64,000 nucleotides of DNA, from the NCBI GenBank assembly GCA_963740315.1, contig CAVUDP010000004.1, forward strand, positions 672,001-736,000, in the 5' to 3' direction. The number at the start of each line of letters is the position of its first letter. The first letter of the stretch is position 1. The DNA is from an uncultured cyanobacterium. Lineage in GTDB: Bacteria > Cyanobacteriota > Cyanobacteriia > Cyanobacteriales > Nostocaceae. The translations under genes and the position numbers were made by a program. The notes under the pieces were generated by a model. The model was not told the origin of the DNA and did not search any database. It saw only the letters and a program-made list of their open reading frames with translations. Positions 10,543 to 21,230 of this stretch are shown piece after piece.

Positions 10543-11060
10543 TCATACCCATTCAGCATCTTCAAGAATTGTTCCTTCAACGTCGGCTCCGTCAAAGCTA
10601 ATACAAACAAGGTCAGCGTTAGTAAAATTAACATCAAGTGAGCAAGCATTATCGAAGCAACTTCCTGTACAATTAGCCCAACTAAAATTAGCGAAACTTA
10701 AATCGGAGTAATCGAAATTGATGTAACTCATATCAGCATCCCGGAAATTAGTATTTCTGAGAACAGCATATCTAATACAGCTATAACCTCCACCGGGATT
10801 ACCAAGCTCATTACTGCTATACTTCCCTGGGAACATACACATTTGAGGGATCTCCTAAATTTGAGAGAAAGACTTCTTCCATAGTATCCACTAAGATCGG
10901 CACCACTAAAATTAACTGTACTAAGATCGGCACGCTCCAAATTAATTCCAGTCAAAACTGCTCCACTCAAATTGACTCCATTCAAGTCAACTCCAGCAAA
11001 ATCACGCTCTCCAGCAGCATAACGCTCTAACAACTCCTCAGCAGTCATCTTCCAACTCAT
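10543..11060 (-). pseudogene. Frameshifted pentapeptide-repeat protein
   Basis: N-half MTAEELLERYAAGERDF...ADLS in one frame (11060 to ~10850); C-half pentapeptides (NTNFRDADMSYINF...) in a different frame to 10543. Confidence 0.7.
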
Positions 11061-11182
11061 AATTTGTAACGCTTCAATTAATATAGGTAGAAATTAGTAA
11101 TTGAATATTATTATCTTATAAATATCCATAATTCTCAGCGTACCTAGCGCGTTAACCTCCGCGTACCTTTGCGTTTAAAAAA

Positions 11183-11893
11183 GTGTTCTCAAATCCCTCA
11201 AAAACCTGGCTAGCATTAATAATCGGCAACTCCCGCTTACACTGGGGTTTATTCAACCAAGAAACTCTTATAAAAGCTTGGGATACCAATTATTTATCTT
11301 CCCCCTCTCCCCCCTCTCTCCCTCTCTTCATAGCTTCCGTAGTTCCTACACAAACAAAACTTTGGAAAAATCACCCCAACGTCAACTTTATTACCTTAAA
11401 CGAAATCCCTCTCAACAACCTATATCCCACATTAGGAATCGATCGCGCCTTATCATTACTTGGTGCTGGTGAAACTTGGGGTTTTCCAATATTAGTAATT
11501 GATGCCGGAACCGCACTTACTTTTACAGGTGCCGATAATCACCGTAATTTAATTGGTGGCGCAATATTACCGGGATTGGGTTTACAATTTTCAACTCTTA
11601 CCAACAAAACCGGACAATTACCAAATATAGAATTACCACAACAGCTTCCATCACGATATGCAGTAAATACTTCAGAAGCAATCCAAAGCGGAATTATCTA
11701 CACAATACTTGCAGGAATCAAAGATTTTATTGCAGCGTGGTGGCAAGATTTCCCTGAAAGTAAAGTTGCTATCACAGGTGGCGATCGCGCTTTATTATTT
11801 AATTATCTAAAATCGCAATATCCAGAAGTTGCAGCGAAAATAATTGTAGAAAAAAACCTAATTTTATGGGGAATACAAAAAACAATAATGTAG
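11183..11893 (+). CDS. coaX: Type III pantothenate kinase
   Basis: [33 protein letters not shown] motifs. Confidence 0.92.
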   Translation: MFSNPSKTWLALIIGNSRLHWGLFNQETLIKAWDTNYLSSPSPPSLPLFIASVVPTQTKLWKNHPNVNFITLNEIPLNNLYPTLGIDRALSLLGAGETWGFPILVIDAGTALTFTGADNHRNLIGGAILPGLGLQFSTLTNKTGQLPNIELPQQLPSRYAVNTSEAIQSGIIYTILAGIKDFIAAWWQDFPESKVAITGGDRALLFNYLKSQYPEVAAKIIVEKNLILWGIQKTIM

Positions 11894-11915
11894 AGACGTA
11901 GCAGTGCTACGTCTC
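11890..11915 (+). repeat. GTAGAGACG...CGTCTC REP-like palindrome
   Basis: Copies at 6386-6410, 38142-38171, 47818-47843, 50253-50280; this copy's GTAG contains the coaX stop codon. Confidence 0.85.
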
Positions 11916-11963
11916 CCCACAAATTTAATACATACGCAAAAATGTAACTTAATTAAACATTAA

Positions 11964-12653
11964 TTAAACAGCCCGATTCAATTCACGTTTAAACAACAAA
12001 CCCATACCAATAATTCCAAAAGCAAACATACTTAAACTAGAATTACCTTCAGCAACGGAAGCAGTTTTAGAAGTAATATTAGAACTTGTAAAAATCTCGC
12101 GCTTAACTTCTAAACTTTGAGTTTCGGGATTAAAATCAAAGAATTCAATCCTTTCTGTAGAGTAAGAATTCACATCATCGGAAAGTTCGGGAAGTTGTGA
12201 AACATCACCCGTATAAAATATCGGAATGCTAAAACTACAAGTAAAAACTCCTTCCGAACATTCAGAAGGATAAACTACACCGCTAAGAGTTGTTCCCGCA
12301 GGAAACAAAGCACCACCAGGAGGAGGAGTTACGGGAGAATCGGGAGGTGGTGGAGTTGGATTGGTAAGTATTTGATAGTCAGCAGTTTCACCGTTGAAAT
12401 TCAAACCTCTCTCCGGTACTGATAAATCAAAGTCAGAAACAGCATCACTATATAAAATTCCCGTACCAAATCCAAAATCGGCTGGTACATCGGAAGCTTC
12501 AGTATCTGTATCTAAAGTTAAACTACCCTTTACGCCGTTTTCGTTTTCAAAGCTAAAGTCTAATAAAGCTGCTTCTGCTGGTGTAATGCTTCCAGTTCCC
12601 AAAGCCAAAGATACTACCCCACCAGCAGCTATTATTAATTGTTTGATTTGCAT
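11964..12653 (-). CDS. Secreted protein with a PEP-CTERM-like sorting signal
   Basis: Signal peptide ending PAEA-A, Pro-rich core, C-terminal VAEG + hydrophobic helix + KR. Confidence 0.7.
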   Translation of the reverse strand: MQIKQLIIAAGGVVSLALGTGSITPAEAALLDFSFENENGVKGSLTLDTDTEASDVPADFGFGTGILYSDAVSDFDLSVPERGLNFNGETADYQILTNPTPPPPDSPVTPPPGGALFPAGTTLSGVVYPSECSEGVFTCSFSIPIFYTGDVSQLPELSDDVNSYSTERIEFFDFNPETQSLEVKREIFTSSNITSKTASVAEGNSSLSMFAFGIIGMGLLFKRELNRAV

Positions 12654-12872
12654 ATAATTAACTGTAAAACTGTAATACTACTTAGTTAATCATTTATAGT
12701 TTCCGTAAATAAGAAGCTTTTATTTGTATTATTTGATTTATCTTTATACAATATACATTCCTAATAAATAAACGATAAATTTCGATAATAATCTAATTTC
12801 CTATTTAGTTAATTTGTAATTTGTAACTCCTAATTCCTAATTCCTAACTCTTAAGTCTTCACTAATTACTTA

Positions 12873-13691
12873 TTACTTTTTACTTTTAATAAAATCGCGA
12901 ATTTCTTTAGCGACATCAGTAGCGCATTTTTGAGGTAAATCATCTGCTCCGCGATCGATTATTTTCAACTCTGCTTGAAGAATAACTCTGGCATAAATCT
13001 GACTTCTAGTTAAAGCATCTGGAGCATCTTTTCCGCCTTGCAATACCAACACCGGAATCTGGATCAAATCTAATTTATCTTGCAAGAATTCCGATTCAAT
13101 TTCTGGCAACTGGCGATCGTATAACAGTTGAGTTGCCGTCGGATTTTGTAATAATATTCGTCTTTGCTGCAAATCTTCTTCTATTTTTGTGTCCCAACCA
13201 AACATTTTTGCTAAGGGACGAAATATTTTTAAAAGCTTAAATATAAATGATGAACCTTGTATTAACCGCTGCATTTTTTGCCCGCGCTTCTTCCATCCTT
13301 CTATTTCCACACCTTCGGGTGATAATAATATTAAACCTTGAACTTTCTCTGGATACTTTAAAGCACAACTAGCAGCAATCCATCCTCCTAAAGAATGTCC
13401 CGTCAAATATACTTTTTGTAATTTTAAAGCTTGCAAAAATTCAAATAAACAATCAACTTGTAAATCAATAGCATGATGAATATTTGGATATTCTGACTCG
13501 CCAAATCCTAATAAATCCGGCGCAAAACAATGAATATCTCGCGATACCAGTTCCATTATCGACACCCATTCACTGCTTTCGCACCAAGCACCGTGCAAAA
13601 AAACTACCGGAATACCATCACCAACTTCACGCCAGAATAACAACCCTTGAGAAAGCCTTCTCCGAGAGTTACGAAATAACATCGTATCCAT
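12873..13691 (-). CDS. Alpha/beta hydrolase
   Basis: VVFLHG, APDLLGFGES, GHSLGG nucleophile elbow. Confidence 0.88.
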   Translation of the reverse strand: MDTMLFRNSRRRLSQGLLFWREVGDGIPVVFLHGAWCESSEWVSIMELVSRDIHCFAPDLLGFGESEYPNIHHAIDLQVDCLFEFLQALKLQKVYLTGHSLGGWIAASCALKYPEKVQGLILLSPEGVEIEGWKKRGQKMQRLIQGSSFIFKLLKIFRPLAKMFGWDTKIEEDLQQRRILLQNPTATQLLYDRQLPEIESEFLQDKLDLIQIPVLVLQGGKDAPDALTRSQIYARVILQAELKIIDRGADDLPQKCATDVAKEIRDFIKSKK

Positions 13692-13780
13692 CTTTAATTT
13701 AATAAACGATCGTTAAATTTAAAAAATTTTAGATTTTAGACTAAATCCAAAACCTAAAATCTCAATATTAGTGCATAGTT

Positions 13781-14275
13781 TTATGCCAATATTGTCAAGT
13801 CATTTAAATAATCTTGCAACTGGCGATAGTGATCGTGAGACATCGGTTCTTCTGGTAATGAATTGGTAGGAAAAGCCTGGATTTCCATCACTTCTAAAGT
13901 ATCTTGAATAAGCATTTCTCCCCGTACTTCCGCTTCAGCGACAATACAAATTGAATGAATTCTGGGGTCCCTATCCGGTGCAGAATAAACTCCAACCAAA
14001 CGACGAATTTCTACTAATTCCAATCCGGTTTCTTCCATTAATTCACGTTTAATTGTAGTCGGAATATCTTCTCCCCAATCTACCATTCCACCGGGCAAAG
14101 ACCACAAACCGTTGTCTCTTCGCCGAATCAGTACAATCCGACCATCGGGTAATATCGGAATTATACTTGTTCCGGTTATCGGATGACGAAAGATGATACC
14201 CAGTATTGTTTGTCCATAGCGCCATAAAGTCTGAGTAGACTGTACGGCTGCACCAAATAAAGCAGCAACGTTCAA
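13781..14275 (-). CDS. NUDIX hydrolase
   Basis: Nudix box GGMVDWGE...RELMEETG; start uncertain. Confidence 0.88.
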   Translation of the reverse strand: MNVAALFGAAVQSTQTLWRYGQTILGIIFRHPITGTSIIPILPDGRIVLIRRRDNGLWSLPGGMVDWGEDIPTTIKRELMEETGLELVEIRRLVGVYSAPDRDPRIHSICIVAEAEVRGEMLIQDTLEVMEIQAFPTNSLPEEPMSHDHYRQLQDYLNDLTILA

Positions 14276-14519
14276 TGTTCAAATTTCTATGTTGTACTTA
14301 CTTGCTCTTACCCACTAGTTTGATTCGTACAGCTACTCATCGTCAGAGTAGTTTTGATACAAAAATACTTGTGGGTCAAGATATCAGTTCTAAGGATTAT
14401 CATCTCATTAAAAGATTAACGATAATCGTAGAATAGATTAATTTTACCATCCCAAGACTTAATATTTGTTGTTTATAACTATACTTTTTAAGCGGTAATT
14501 TATAAAAAATAATCGAGTT

Positions 14520-14559
14520 GTAATCGGCGTTACAATTGGTATAGTTTATACAATATAAT
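14520..14559 (+). promoter_or_regulatory. Putative NtcA-activated promoter
   Basis: GTA-ATCGGCGT-TAC (14520-14533) within TTGTAA..TTACAA; TATAAT at 14554-14559 (20-nt spacing). Confidence 0.5.
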
Positions 14560-15115
14560 TGCTTGCAAGGAAATTAAGCCAAGGTAAATCTTGAAAAATA
14601 ATAATTTTGGTAGTTGAAGATTTAAAGTAACCTTTTGTAATCAATATCAATTGTCCGATCGCTTAAATTATAGAAAAAGAATATATTTGTTTTAATTTAT
14701 TTTATACTCATTTTTTTTGGAGAATGTTTATGCAGTGTCTCGTTTATACATCAAGAATTAGTAGAGTATAAAAATATAAAGATCTCAGTATTTATCAAAA
14801 AACATCAGCCTTTATTTAATTAAAATTAAAAAGTCTGGTGAAGAAAAAGGCAATTATCAAGGATTATTACCGATGTAACTTTTGTTTGCTTCTCCGATGA
14901 AAACCTGCCGACCCACAATCAAAAAGCTAAAATGGTATCAACCTTGTACGAGCCATTGACATCGCAAAAATAAATAAGATAGACTATATTGCTGTTTAAA
15001 ATATACTCTTTTGCTGGTTTAGGCTAGAATTGTATTAACACAGATAGATAGATAGCTAAAATTATCTATGTAATGCCTAAGTGAAAGTTAAACGTTGTTT
15101 ATTAATGAGGTGAAT

Positions 15116-15298
15116 ATGGCTAAGCGCCGTAACCTGAAGAAAGAAAAGGCGCTACGGAACCAGGCATATGCCAGAAAGTTTCGTAAACGGACTAATACAG
15201 GACGTTATCAAAGAAGGTACCAGCAAGGTTCTTCTAAGCCAGAAGAAGAACAGAATAATTCAGCATCAGATGATACAGGTGCTGCTTCTACTGACTAA
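15116..15298 (+). CDS. Small basic/acidic hypothetical protein (60 aa)
   Basis: GAGGTG SD before the ATG at 15116; MAKRRNLKKEKALRN resembles a cyanobacterial conserved small protein; followed by a terminator. Confidence 0.75.
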   Translation: MAKRRNLKKEKALRNQAYARKFRKRTNTGRYQRRYQQGSSKPEEEQNNSASDDTGAASTD

Positions 15299-15332
15299 TT
15301 TTTTAGCTGCAATTTTTACTTGTAATTTTGAT

Positions 15333-15372
15333 TTGCGGAGCGTTTATATATACGCTCCGCAATTGCTTTTTT
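15333..15372 (+). terminator. Intrinsic terminator
   Basis: 11-bp perfect stem TTGCGGAGCGT/ACGCTCCGCAA followed shortly by a T run. Confidence 0.7.
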
Positions 15373-15390
15373 CAGTTAGCAGTTGTAAAA

Positions 15391-15768
15391 GGTAATGGGC
15401 AATGGGTAATGGGTAATGGGTAATGAGTAATAGGTAAGTCGTCTCATATCTTAAATAAATAACGATTAATCTTCTTACATATAACCTTGTACCTCTTACC
15501 TCCCCTTGTCTCCCCCGAACCCCATCTCCCCTTGTCCCCTTGTCCCCTTGTCTCCCCATCTCCCCCGAACCCCATCTCCCTACTCCCTACTCCCTTCCCC
15601 CCTTGTCTCCCCATCTCCCCCGAACCCCATCTCCCCTTGTCCCCTTGTCCCCTTGTCTCCCCCGAACCCCATCTCCCCTTGTCCCCTTGTCCCCTTGTCT
15701 CCCCATCTCCCCCGAACCCCATCTCCCCATCTCCCTACTCCCTACTCCCTTCCCCCTTCCCCCTTCCC
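15391..15768. repeat. STRR tracts: (GGGTAAT)n and a C-rich composite repeat
   Basis: Direct reading; units CCCCATCT, CCCTTGTC, CCCCGAAC, CCCTACT. Confidence 0.85.
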
Positions 15769-17145
15769 ATTAATTTGAGATCGAGCAACTTGTAACGCTT
15801 GATTTACCTGCTCGAAACCCGTTCCACCATAACTATTACGTGCAGCCACAACCTGACGGGGTGATATAGCTTCATAAATATCCTCGTCAAATTTGGGATG
15901 TAGTTGCTTCCATTCTTCTAAGCTCAAATCTTTTAAAAGTTTACCAGCGGCAATACTAGTTTTTACCACCTTACCAACGAGATTGTAGGCTTCTCGGAAG
16001 GGAACACCCTTTGCTGCGAGATAATCTGCTACATCGGTAGCATTAGAAAAATCAGAAGCTACAGCAGATGCTAACCGTTGAGTGCGAAATTCCAAGCCTT
16101 CCCGCAGCAAAATAGTCATTGCCGATAAACAAGCTTTAACTGTATTTACCCCATCAAATAAAGCTTCCTTATCTTCTTGCAAATCTTTGTTATACGCCAA
16201 GGGCAATCCTTTCATCATCACCAACATCGCTTGAAGATGACCGAATACCCTGCCCGTTTTACCCCGCACCAACTCCGGTACGTCGGGGTTTTTCTTTTGA
16301 GGCATAATACTCGAACCCGTCGCGCAGCTATCTTTGAGGGTGACAAAGCCAAATTCCTCAGAAGCCCATAAAATTACCTCTTCCGACAAACGGCTGAGGT
16401 GAACCATAATTAAACTCGCAGCACTCAAAAATTCAATCGCAAAATCGCGATCGCTAACTCCATCAAGGCTGTTATCGTAAACGCGATCGAAATTTAATAA
16501 TTTGGCGGTGTAATGTCTGTCGATCGCAAAAGTAGTTCCTGCCAAAGCACCACAACCCAAAGGTGAAATATTTACACGGCGGTAAACATCTCCAAGGCGT
16601 TCCCAATCTCGTTGCGTCATTTGGAAATAAGCCAAGAGATGATGAGCCAGACTTAGAGGTTGAGCGCGTTGTAAATGAGTGTAGCCCGGAATCAAAGTTT
16701 CAACGTTTTTATCGGCAATATCGACTAAAACAGTTTGAAATTCCCGTAACTGCTCGCGAATTTGCTGAATCTGTTCGCGTAAATAAAGTCTCGTATCCGT
16801 GCCTACCTGGTCATTACGAGAACGTCCCGTATGCAGCTTTTTACCGACATCTCCGACAATTTCCACCAAACGATGTTCGACAGCAAAATGTACATCTTCC
16901 GAATCGACATCTGGATTAAAATTACCATTCCGGTATTCCTGGCGAATTTGCTCCAAACCAGCAACCAACTGCTCCCCTTCAAGCGATGAGATAATACCGC
17001 ACTTAGCCAGCATTGTGGCATGAGCAACCGAACCAGTTAAATCGTATTCAATTAATTCAATATCGAAATGGATGCTGGCATTAAAGCGAGCGATCGTAGG
17101 ATGCAACGCTGATTCAAACCGCTGGCTCCAAGTTTGTTGTGTCAT
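15742..17145 (-). CDS. argH: Argininosuccinate lyase
   Basis: [33 protein letters not shown] signature; start re-called at [10 protein letters not shown]. Confidence 0.97.
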   Translation of the reverse strand: MTQQTWSQRFESALHPTIARFNASIHFDIELIEYDLTGSVAHATMLAKCGIISSLEGEQLVAGLEQIRQEYRNGNFNPDVDSEDVHFAVEHRLVEIVGDVGKKLHTGRSRNDQVGTDTRLYLREQIQQIREQLREFQTVLVDIADKNVETLIPGYTHLQRAQPLSLAHHLLAYFQMTQRDWERLGDVYRRVNISPLGCGALAGTTFAIDRHYTAKLLNFDRVYDNSLDGVSDRDFAIEFLSAASLIMVHLSRLSEEVILWASEEFGFVTLKDSCATGSSIMPQKKNPDVPELVRGKTGRVFGHLQAMLVMMKGLPLAYNKDLQEDKEALFDGVNTVKACLSAMTILLREGLEFRTQRLASAVASDFSNATDVADYLAAKGVPFREAYNLVGKVVKTSIAAGKLLKDLSLEEWKQLHPKFDEDIYEAISPRQVVAARNSYGGTGFEQVNQALQVARSQINGKGEGGRE

Positions 17146-17159
17146 AGATTGGGAATGAT

Positions 17160-17424
17160 GAGGGAGAGGGGGAAGATGGGGGAGATGGGGGAGATGGGGG
17201 AGATGGGGAGATGGGGGAGATGGGGGAGATGGGGAGATGGGGGAGATGGGGAGAGGGGGGAGATGGGGAGACAAGGGGACAAGGAGAAATATAAATTACT
17301 AATTCTTAACTCCTAACTCCTAACTCCTAACTCCTAACTCATAACTGGTAACTGGTAACTGGTAACTGGTAACTGGTAACTGGTAACTGGTAACTGGTAA
17401 CTGGTAACTGCTCACTGCTCACTG
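17160..17424. repeat. STRR tracts (GGGGGAGAT)n, (TAACTCC)n, (TAACTGG)n
   Basis: Direct reading of tandem 9-mers and 7-mers. Confidence 0.9.
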
Positions 17425-17676
17425 TTAACCGTAGCTTGTTAAATTGCGAATTAAATAACCGACAACTAATCCAATTAAAAGCGCCCAAATTTGACCTGTT
17501 TCAACAAAGTTATTCCAAGCTTTTTGTACTTGACCTAAAAGGTCGGGGTCGGTGACATTTTGAGCTAACACTGTCCAGTTTACAGGTATTCGGCTCTGAG
17601 CATTAACAGTATTTGATAATAAAATTGTTGTCCACAAACTAATAGCAAATCCACCCAAGAGCGACGCTCGTTTCAT
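17425..17676 (-). CDS. Small membrane hypothetical protein
   Basis: 83 aa; C-terminal WNNFVETGQIWALLIGLVVGY resembles a conserved cyanobacterial small membrane protein. Confidence 0.7.
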   Translation of the reverse strand: MKRASLLGGFAISLWTTILLSNTVNAQSRIPVNWTVLAQNVTDPDLLGQVQKAWNNFVETGQIWALLIGLVVGYLIRNLTSYG

Positions 17677-17726
17677 TTTTAACTTACCTATTGGTTAGCA
17701 TCACCGTGATAGCTCAAAGATGTAAA

Positions 17727-18503
17727 TTATGGCATCCGTAATTTCTCGGCTGAGCGCAAAATCTGTCCGGCTAAAACGGCTGCACCAAATCCATTGTCTA
17801 TATTCACTACTCCTATACCCGCCGCACAAGAGTTAAGCATTGTTAGTAAAGGTGCCAGTCCACCAAAGCTTGCACCATAACCGATGCTGGTGGGTACGGC
17901 AATTACGGGGGAGTCTGCTAAACCTGCTACAACACTCGGTAAAGCGCCTTCCATACCAGCTACAACAATTAATACAGATGCCGATTCAATCACGTGGCGA
18001 TTACTTAACAAACGATGAATTCCCGCGACTCCCACATCCCACAACCGCTGCACCTCGAAACCGCAAAGCTCTGCGGTAACTGCGGCTTCTTCGGCAACTG
18101 GTAAATCAGCAGTTCCAGCAGAAAGAATACCAATTCTACCGGAATATCGAACTTCAATTTTAGGAGGTGCGATCGCGCAGATTCGAGCAGATTGGTAATA
18201 ACGTAAATCCCTAATTTTTGGTTGTAGAGTAGCGAAAACGGACGGAGTAATGCGAGTTGCCATCACAACCTTATTTTTTAAACGCATCACCTCCATAATC
18301 CGGGCAATTTGTTCGGGAGTTTTATCTTGACCCCAAATGACTTCGGGGAAACCAGTTCTTAAAGAGCGGTGATGGTCAATTTTGGCAAAATCTTCAACTG
18401 CTTCGTAATCTAAATTTTTTAATTGCGAAAACGCAGCATCAGTTGATAACTTACCGCTGGCAACGTCATTTAGTAAAGATTGTAGAGCTTTTTCATCAGT
18501 CAT
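17727..18503 (-). CDS. larB: LarB/CpmA family (PurE-like) protein
   Basis: FAKIDHHR.LRTGFPEVI, AGTADLPVAEEA, DVGVAGIHRL, VVNIDNGFGAA. Confidence 0.92.
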   Translation of the reverse strand: MTDEKALQSLLNDVASGKLSTDAAFSQLKNLDYEAVEDFAKIDHHRSLRTGFPEVIWGQDKTPEQIARIMEVMRLKNKVVMATRITPSVFATLQPKIRDLRYYQSARICAIAPPKIEVRYSGRIGILSAGTADLPVAEEAAVTAELCGFEVQRLWDVGVAGIHRLLSNRHVIESASVLIVVAGMEGALPSVVAGLADSPVIAVPTSIGYGASFGGLAPLLTMLNSCAAGIGVVNIDNGFGAAVLAGQILRSAEKLRMP

Positions 18504-18507
18504 AGAA

Positions 18508-18806
18508 GAGAGGGGGAGAGGGGGAGAGGGGGAGATGGGGAGATGGGGTTCGGGGGAGATGGGGAGAGGGGGACAAGGGGAGATGGGGACAAGGGGACAA
18601 GGAGATGGGGAGAGCAGGGGGGCAGAGGCGGCGGAGGAGGCAGGGGAAGCAATTAATTTTTTTACAAGAAAATTATTGATTTATTTATTTTCTTCCTCCG
18701 CTTCCTCCGCTTCCTCCGCTTTCTTAACTCCTAACTCCTAACTCCTAACTCCTAACTCCTAACTCCTAACTCCTAACTCCTCACTCCTAACTCCTAACTC
18801 CTAACT
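18508..18806. repeat. STRR tracts (G-rich composite, (TAACTCC)n)
   Basis: Direct reading. Confidence 0.88.
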
Positions 18807-18849
18807 TTAACCCTTTGACATGCAGACCTTTGACATGCAGACCTGTAAC

Positions 18850-20625
18850 TTATTCTTGAGTGATTTTAACTTCGTCAATATTCCAGAAAGCACCGCCGAT
18901 CGCATTGAATTGGGTGCCTTCAATATTGTTGCGTATGGCTGCTAGTGAGAGGGGATTAACTAAGTAGATAAAAGGTAAGTTTTCTTGAGTAATTCTTTGG
19001 GTTTCGGCGTATATTTCCTTAACTTTGGCTTCGTCTAATTCTTGTGAAGCTTTGACATAAAGCTGTGCGATTTCTTTTTCCCAAGGCGAAACTTCCCAGC
19101 CTTCAATTGGTTTCTGTCCGGCTTGGGGTTTCTGATTAAACATATGCAAACCGCCTTCGGGTTTCCATACGTTAGCACCGTCATTTGGTTCCAAACCACC
19201 TGTTAAACCAAGTAACGCCATGTCAAAATCTAAAGTATTCGAGACTTTATCTAAATAAGTATTCCAAGCAAGAGGTGTAAAATCAACTTGAATGCCGATT
19301 TTGCTCAAATCAGATTTAATTTGCGCTCCCATTGCTTCGCGAATTTTATTACCGGAATTTGTTAATAAAGTGAAGCGGACGCGATTTCCTTTTTGGTCTA
19401 ATAATTGACCTTGGGAATTAGATTTAAATCCGGCTTTTTTGAGTAATTCTCTCGCCTTATTTAAATTGTAATCGTAGACTTTTAAGCCTTTTTCTGGAGA
19501 AAGATAATAGGGACTTTGTACGGAAATTGGCGAATTTTGCGTTTGACCTAAACCGCGAAATGTGTTGTTAATCATGGTTTGGCGATCGATGGCGTAAGCT
19601 ACGGCTTGACGGAATTCCTTGGAATTAAACCATTTTGATTTTACCGGATCGACTAAAGGCTTGCCGTTTCTACTGCCTTTATTTAAATTAAAAAATACAA
19701 AAGATGTACCAGTAGCAGGACCACCGTTTTCAATTTTAAAATTACCGCGCTTTTCTTCTCGTTTAAGTAAAGAAAAATAATCTGGTGTTACCCCGATATA
19801 ATCCAAGCTACCGGAACGAAATTGCAGCAACGAAGTATCTTGAGATTCGACAATTTCCCAGTTTACTTTTTTAATATAAGGTTTGCCTTTTTTCCAGTAA
19901 TAAGGATTGCCCTCAAATACAACACGTTGAGTAGTATTGTAGCGACCTAATTTGTAGGGACCATTAGTAACAATCTCGTTAACGGGGGTATCAACATCCC
20001 ATTTTTGTAAAAATAACGGTTTTCCTTCTGAATCTTTCTTTTCTACCGATTCTCGTAAAGCATGAGCCGGTAAAATAGGAGTTCCCATATTTTGTAAGAA
20101 AGGTCGAAAAGGTTCGGGTAAAGTAAATTCTACTTGGCGATCGCTGAGTTTTCTAACAAGGGGTAACTGTCCGCTTTCCCCAATTTTAAAAGCGTCTTTA
20201 GTATCGGTGGGAATTTCTTTATTAAAGTAAATCTGGTTATAGGTAAATACAACATCTTCAGCGGTTAAAGGTTTACCGTCAGACCATTTCAAATTCTCGC
20301 GCAGGGTAAAAACAAACCGCAAGCCGTCATCGGAAATTTTCCAAGATTCAGCTAATTCTGGCTCAATTTCTCCAGATATAATGTTTTGAGTAGTTAACCC
20401 GGTAAAAGTGTAGGGAAAAATATTAGGAGACTCTTGAGAAAGAGCATAGTTAAAAGTTTTCGGATCGCTCAGAATACTAAGTATCAACTCCGGTGTTTTT
20501 TGCGCCGCTTCGCTTTTAAAGTTAGCTGGATTGCAAGCAGCAACCGAAAGTGCCGTTATAGTTGCCAGAATCACTGGTAAACGCAAACGCCGAAAGTTGG
20601 AAAATAAAGAAAAAATTATTAGCAT
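18850..20625 (-). CDS. ABC transporter substrate-binding lipoprotein (family 5, peptide/nickel)
   Basis: Lipobox-like VAAC, DPKTFN, WSDGKPLTAEDV.FT, FRQAVAYAIDR. Confidence 0.9.
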   Translation of the reverse strand: MLIIFSLFSNFRRLRLPVILATITALSVAACNPANFKSEAAQKTPELILSILSDPKTFNYALSQESPNIFPYTFTGLTTQNIISGEIEPELAESWKISDDGLRFVFTLRENLKWSDGKPLTAEDVVFTYNQIYFNKEIPTDTKDAFKIGESGQLPLVRKLSDRQVEFTLPEPFRPFLQNMGTPILPAHALRESVEKKDSEGKPLFLQKWDVDTPVNEIVTNGPYKLGRYNTTQRVVFEGNPYYWKKGKPYIKKVNWEIVESQDTSLLQFRSGSLDYIGVTPDYFSLLKREEKRGNFKIENGGPATGTSFVFFNLNKGSRNGKPLVDPVKSKWFNSKEFRQAVAYAIDRQTMINNTFRGLGQTQNSPISVQSPYYLSPEKGLKVYDYNLNKARELLKKAGFKSNSQGQLLDQKGNRVRFTLLTNSGNKIREAMGAQIKSDLSKIGIQVDFTPLAWNTYLDKVSNTLDFDMALLGLTGGLEPNDGANVWKPEGGLHMFNQKPQAGQKPIEGWEVSPWEKEIAQLYVKASQELDEAKVKEIYAETQRITQENLPFIYLVNPLSLAAIRNNIEGTQFNAIGGAFWNIDEVKITQE

Positions 20626-20688
20626 TTAGGTAGATATAGGAGTAGTTGTTATATAGATTGTGATTGTAGCGAAACTTAAATATTTTAT

Positions 20689-20750
20689 GTTCGTAGTAAG
20701 GGCTTTAGCCCTTCATATTCCGGAAGAGGGCGGTCATCCCTTACTACGAA
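20689..20750. repeat. GTTCGTAGTAAGG-family REP-like palindrome
   Basis: TTCGTAGTAAGGG/CCCTTACTACGAA inverted ends, next to the ispF stop. Confidence 0.8.
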
Positions 20751-20751
20751 A

Positions 20752-21228
20752 CTATTGAATTAACAAAACCACAGCATAAGCACAAATCCCTTTCTCTTCA
20801 CCAACGGGACCTAATTTTTCATTAGTAGTAGCTTTGACACCAACTGCGGTAGGTTCAATTTGCAAAACACCAGCTAACTTATCGCGCATTTTTTCAATAT
20901 GAGGTTTTAGTTTAGGACGTTCCGCTACCACCACCGAATCAATATTCCCCACTTTCCAACCTTGTTCTTGAATCAAATTATTAACTTTATCCAAAAGCAT
21001 CAAACTATCAGCACCAGCCCACTTGTCATCGCTGGGGGGAAAATAATGTCCGATATCGCCCAAAGAAAGCGCCCCCAACATCGCGTCCATAATCGCATGA
21101 GTTAGAACATCAGCATCGCTATGTCCTAGCAATCCTAGCGAATGAGAAATTTCCACACCACCTAAAATCAAACGGCGATCGGTAGTTAAGCGATGGATAT
21201 CATAACCGTTTCCAATACGAACATTCAT
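20752..21228 (-). CDS. ispF: 2-C-methyl-D-erythritol 2,4-cyclodiphosphate synthase
   Basis: [29 protein letters not shown]. Confidence 0.97.
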   Translation of the reverse strand: MNVRIGNGYDIHRLTTDRRLILGGVEISHSLGLLGHSDADVLTHAIMDAMLGALSLGDIGHYFPPSDDKWAGADSLMLLDKVNNLIQEQGWKVGNIDSVVVAERPKLKPHIEKMRDKLAGVLQIEPTAVGVKATTNEKLGPVGEEKGICAYAVVLLIQ

Positions 21229-21230
21229 AG

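Noticed and set aside
10306..10649. ORFs 10306-10641 (+) and 10347-10649 (-)
   Set aside because: They overlap the pentapeptide C-half and a repeat, have no recognisable motif, and are likely shadow ORFs
10800..10880. Programmed -1 frameshift in the pentapeptide gene
   Set aside because: No X-XXY-YYZ slippery heptamer found in the required frame; an indel or sequencing error is more likely
15344..15795. Several Pro- or Gly-rich ORFs
   Set aside because: Translations of STRR tracts that lack stop codons; the same applies to 17134-17316, 18535-18741 and 39738-39965
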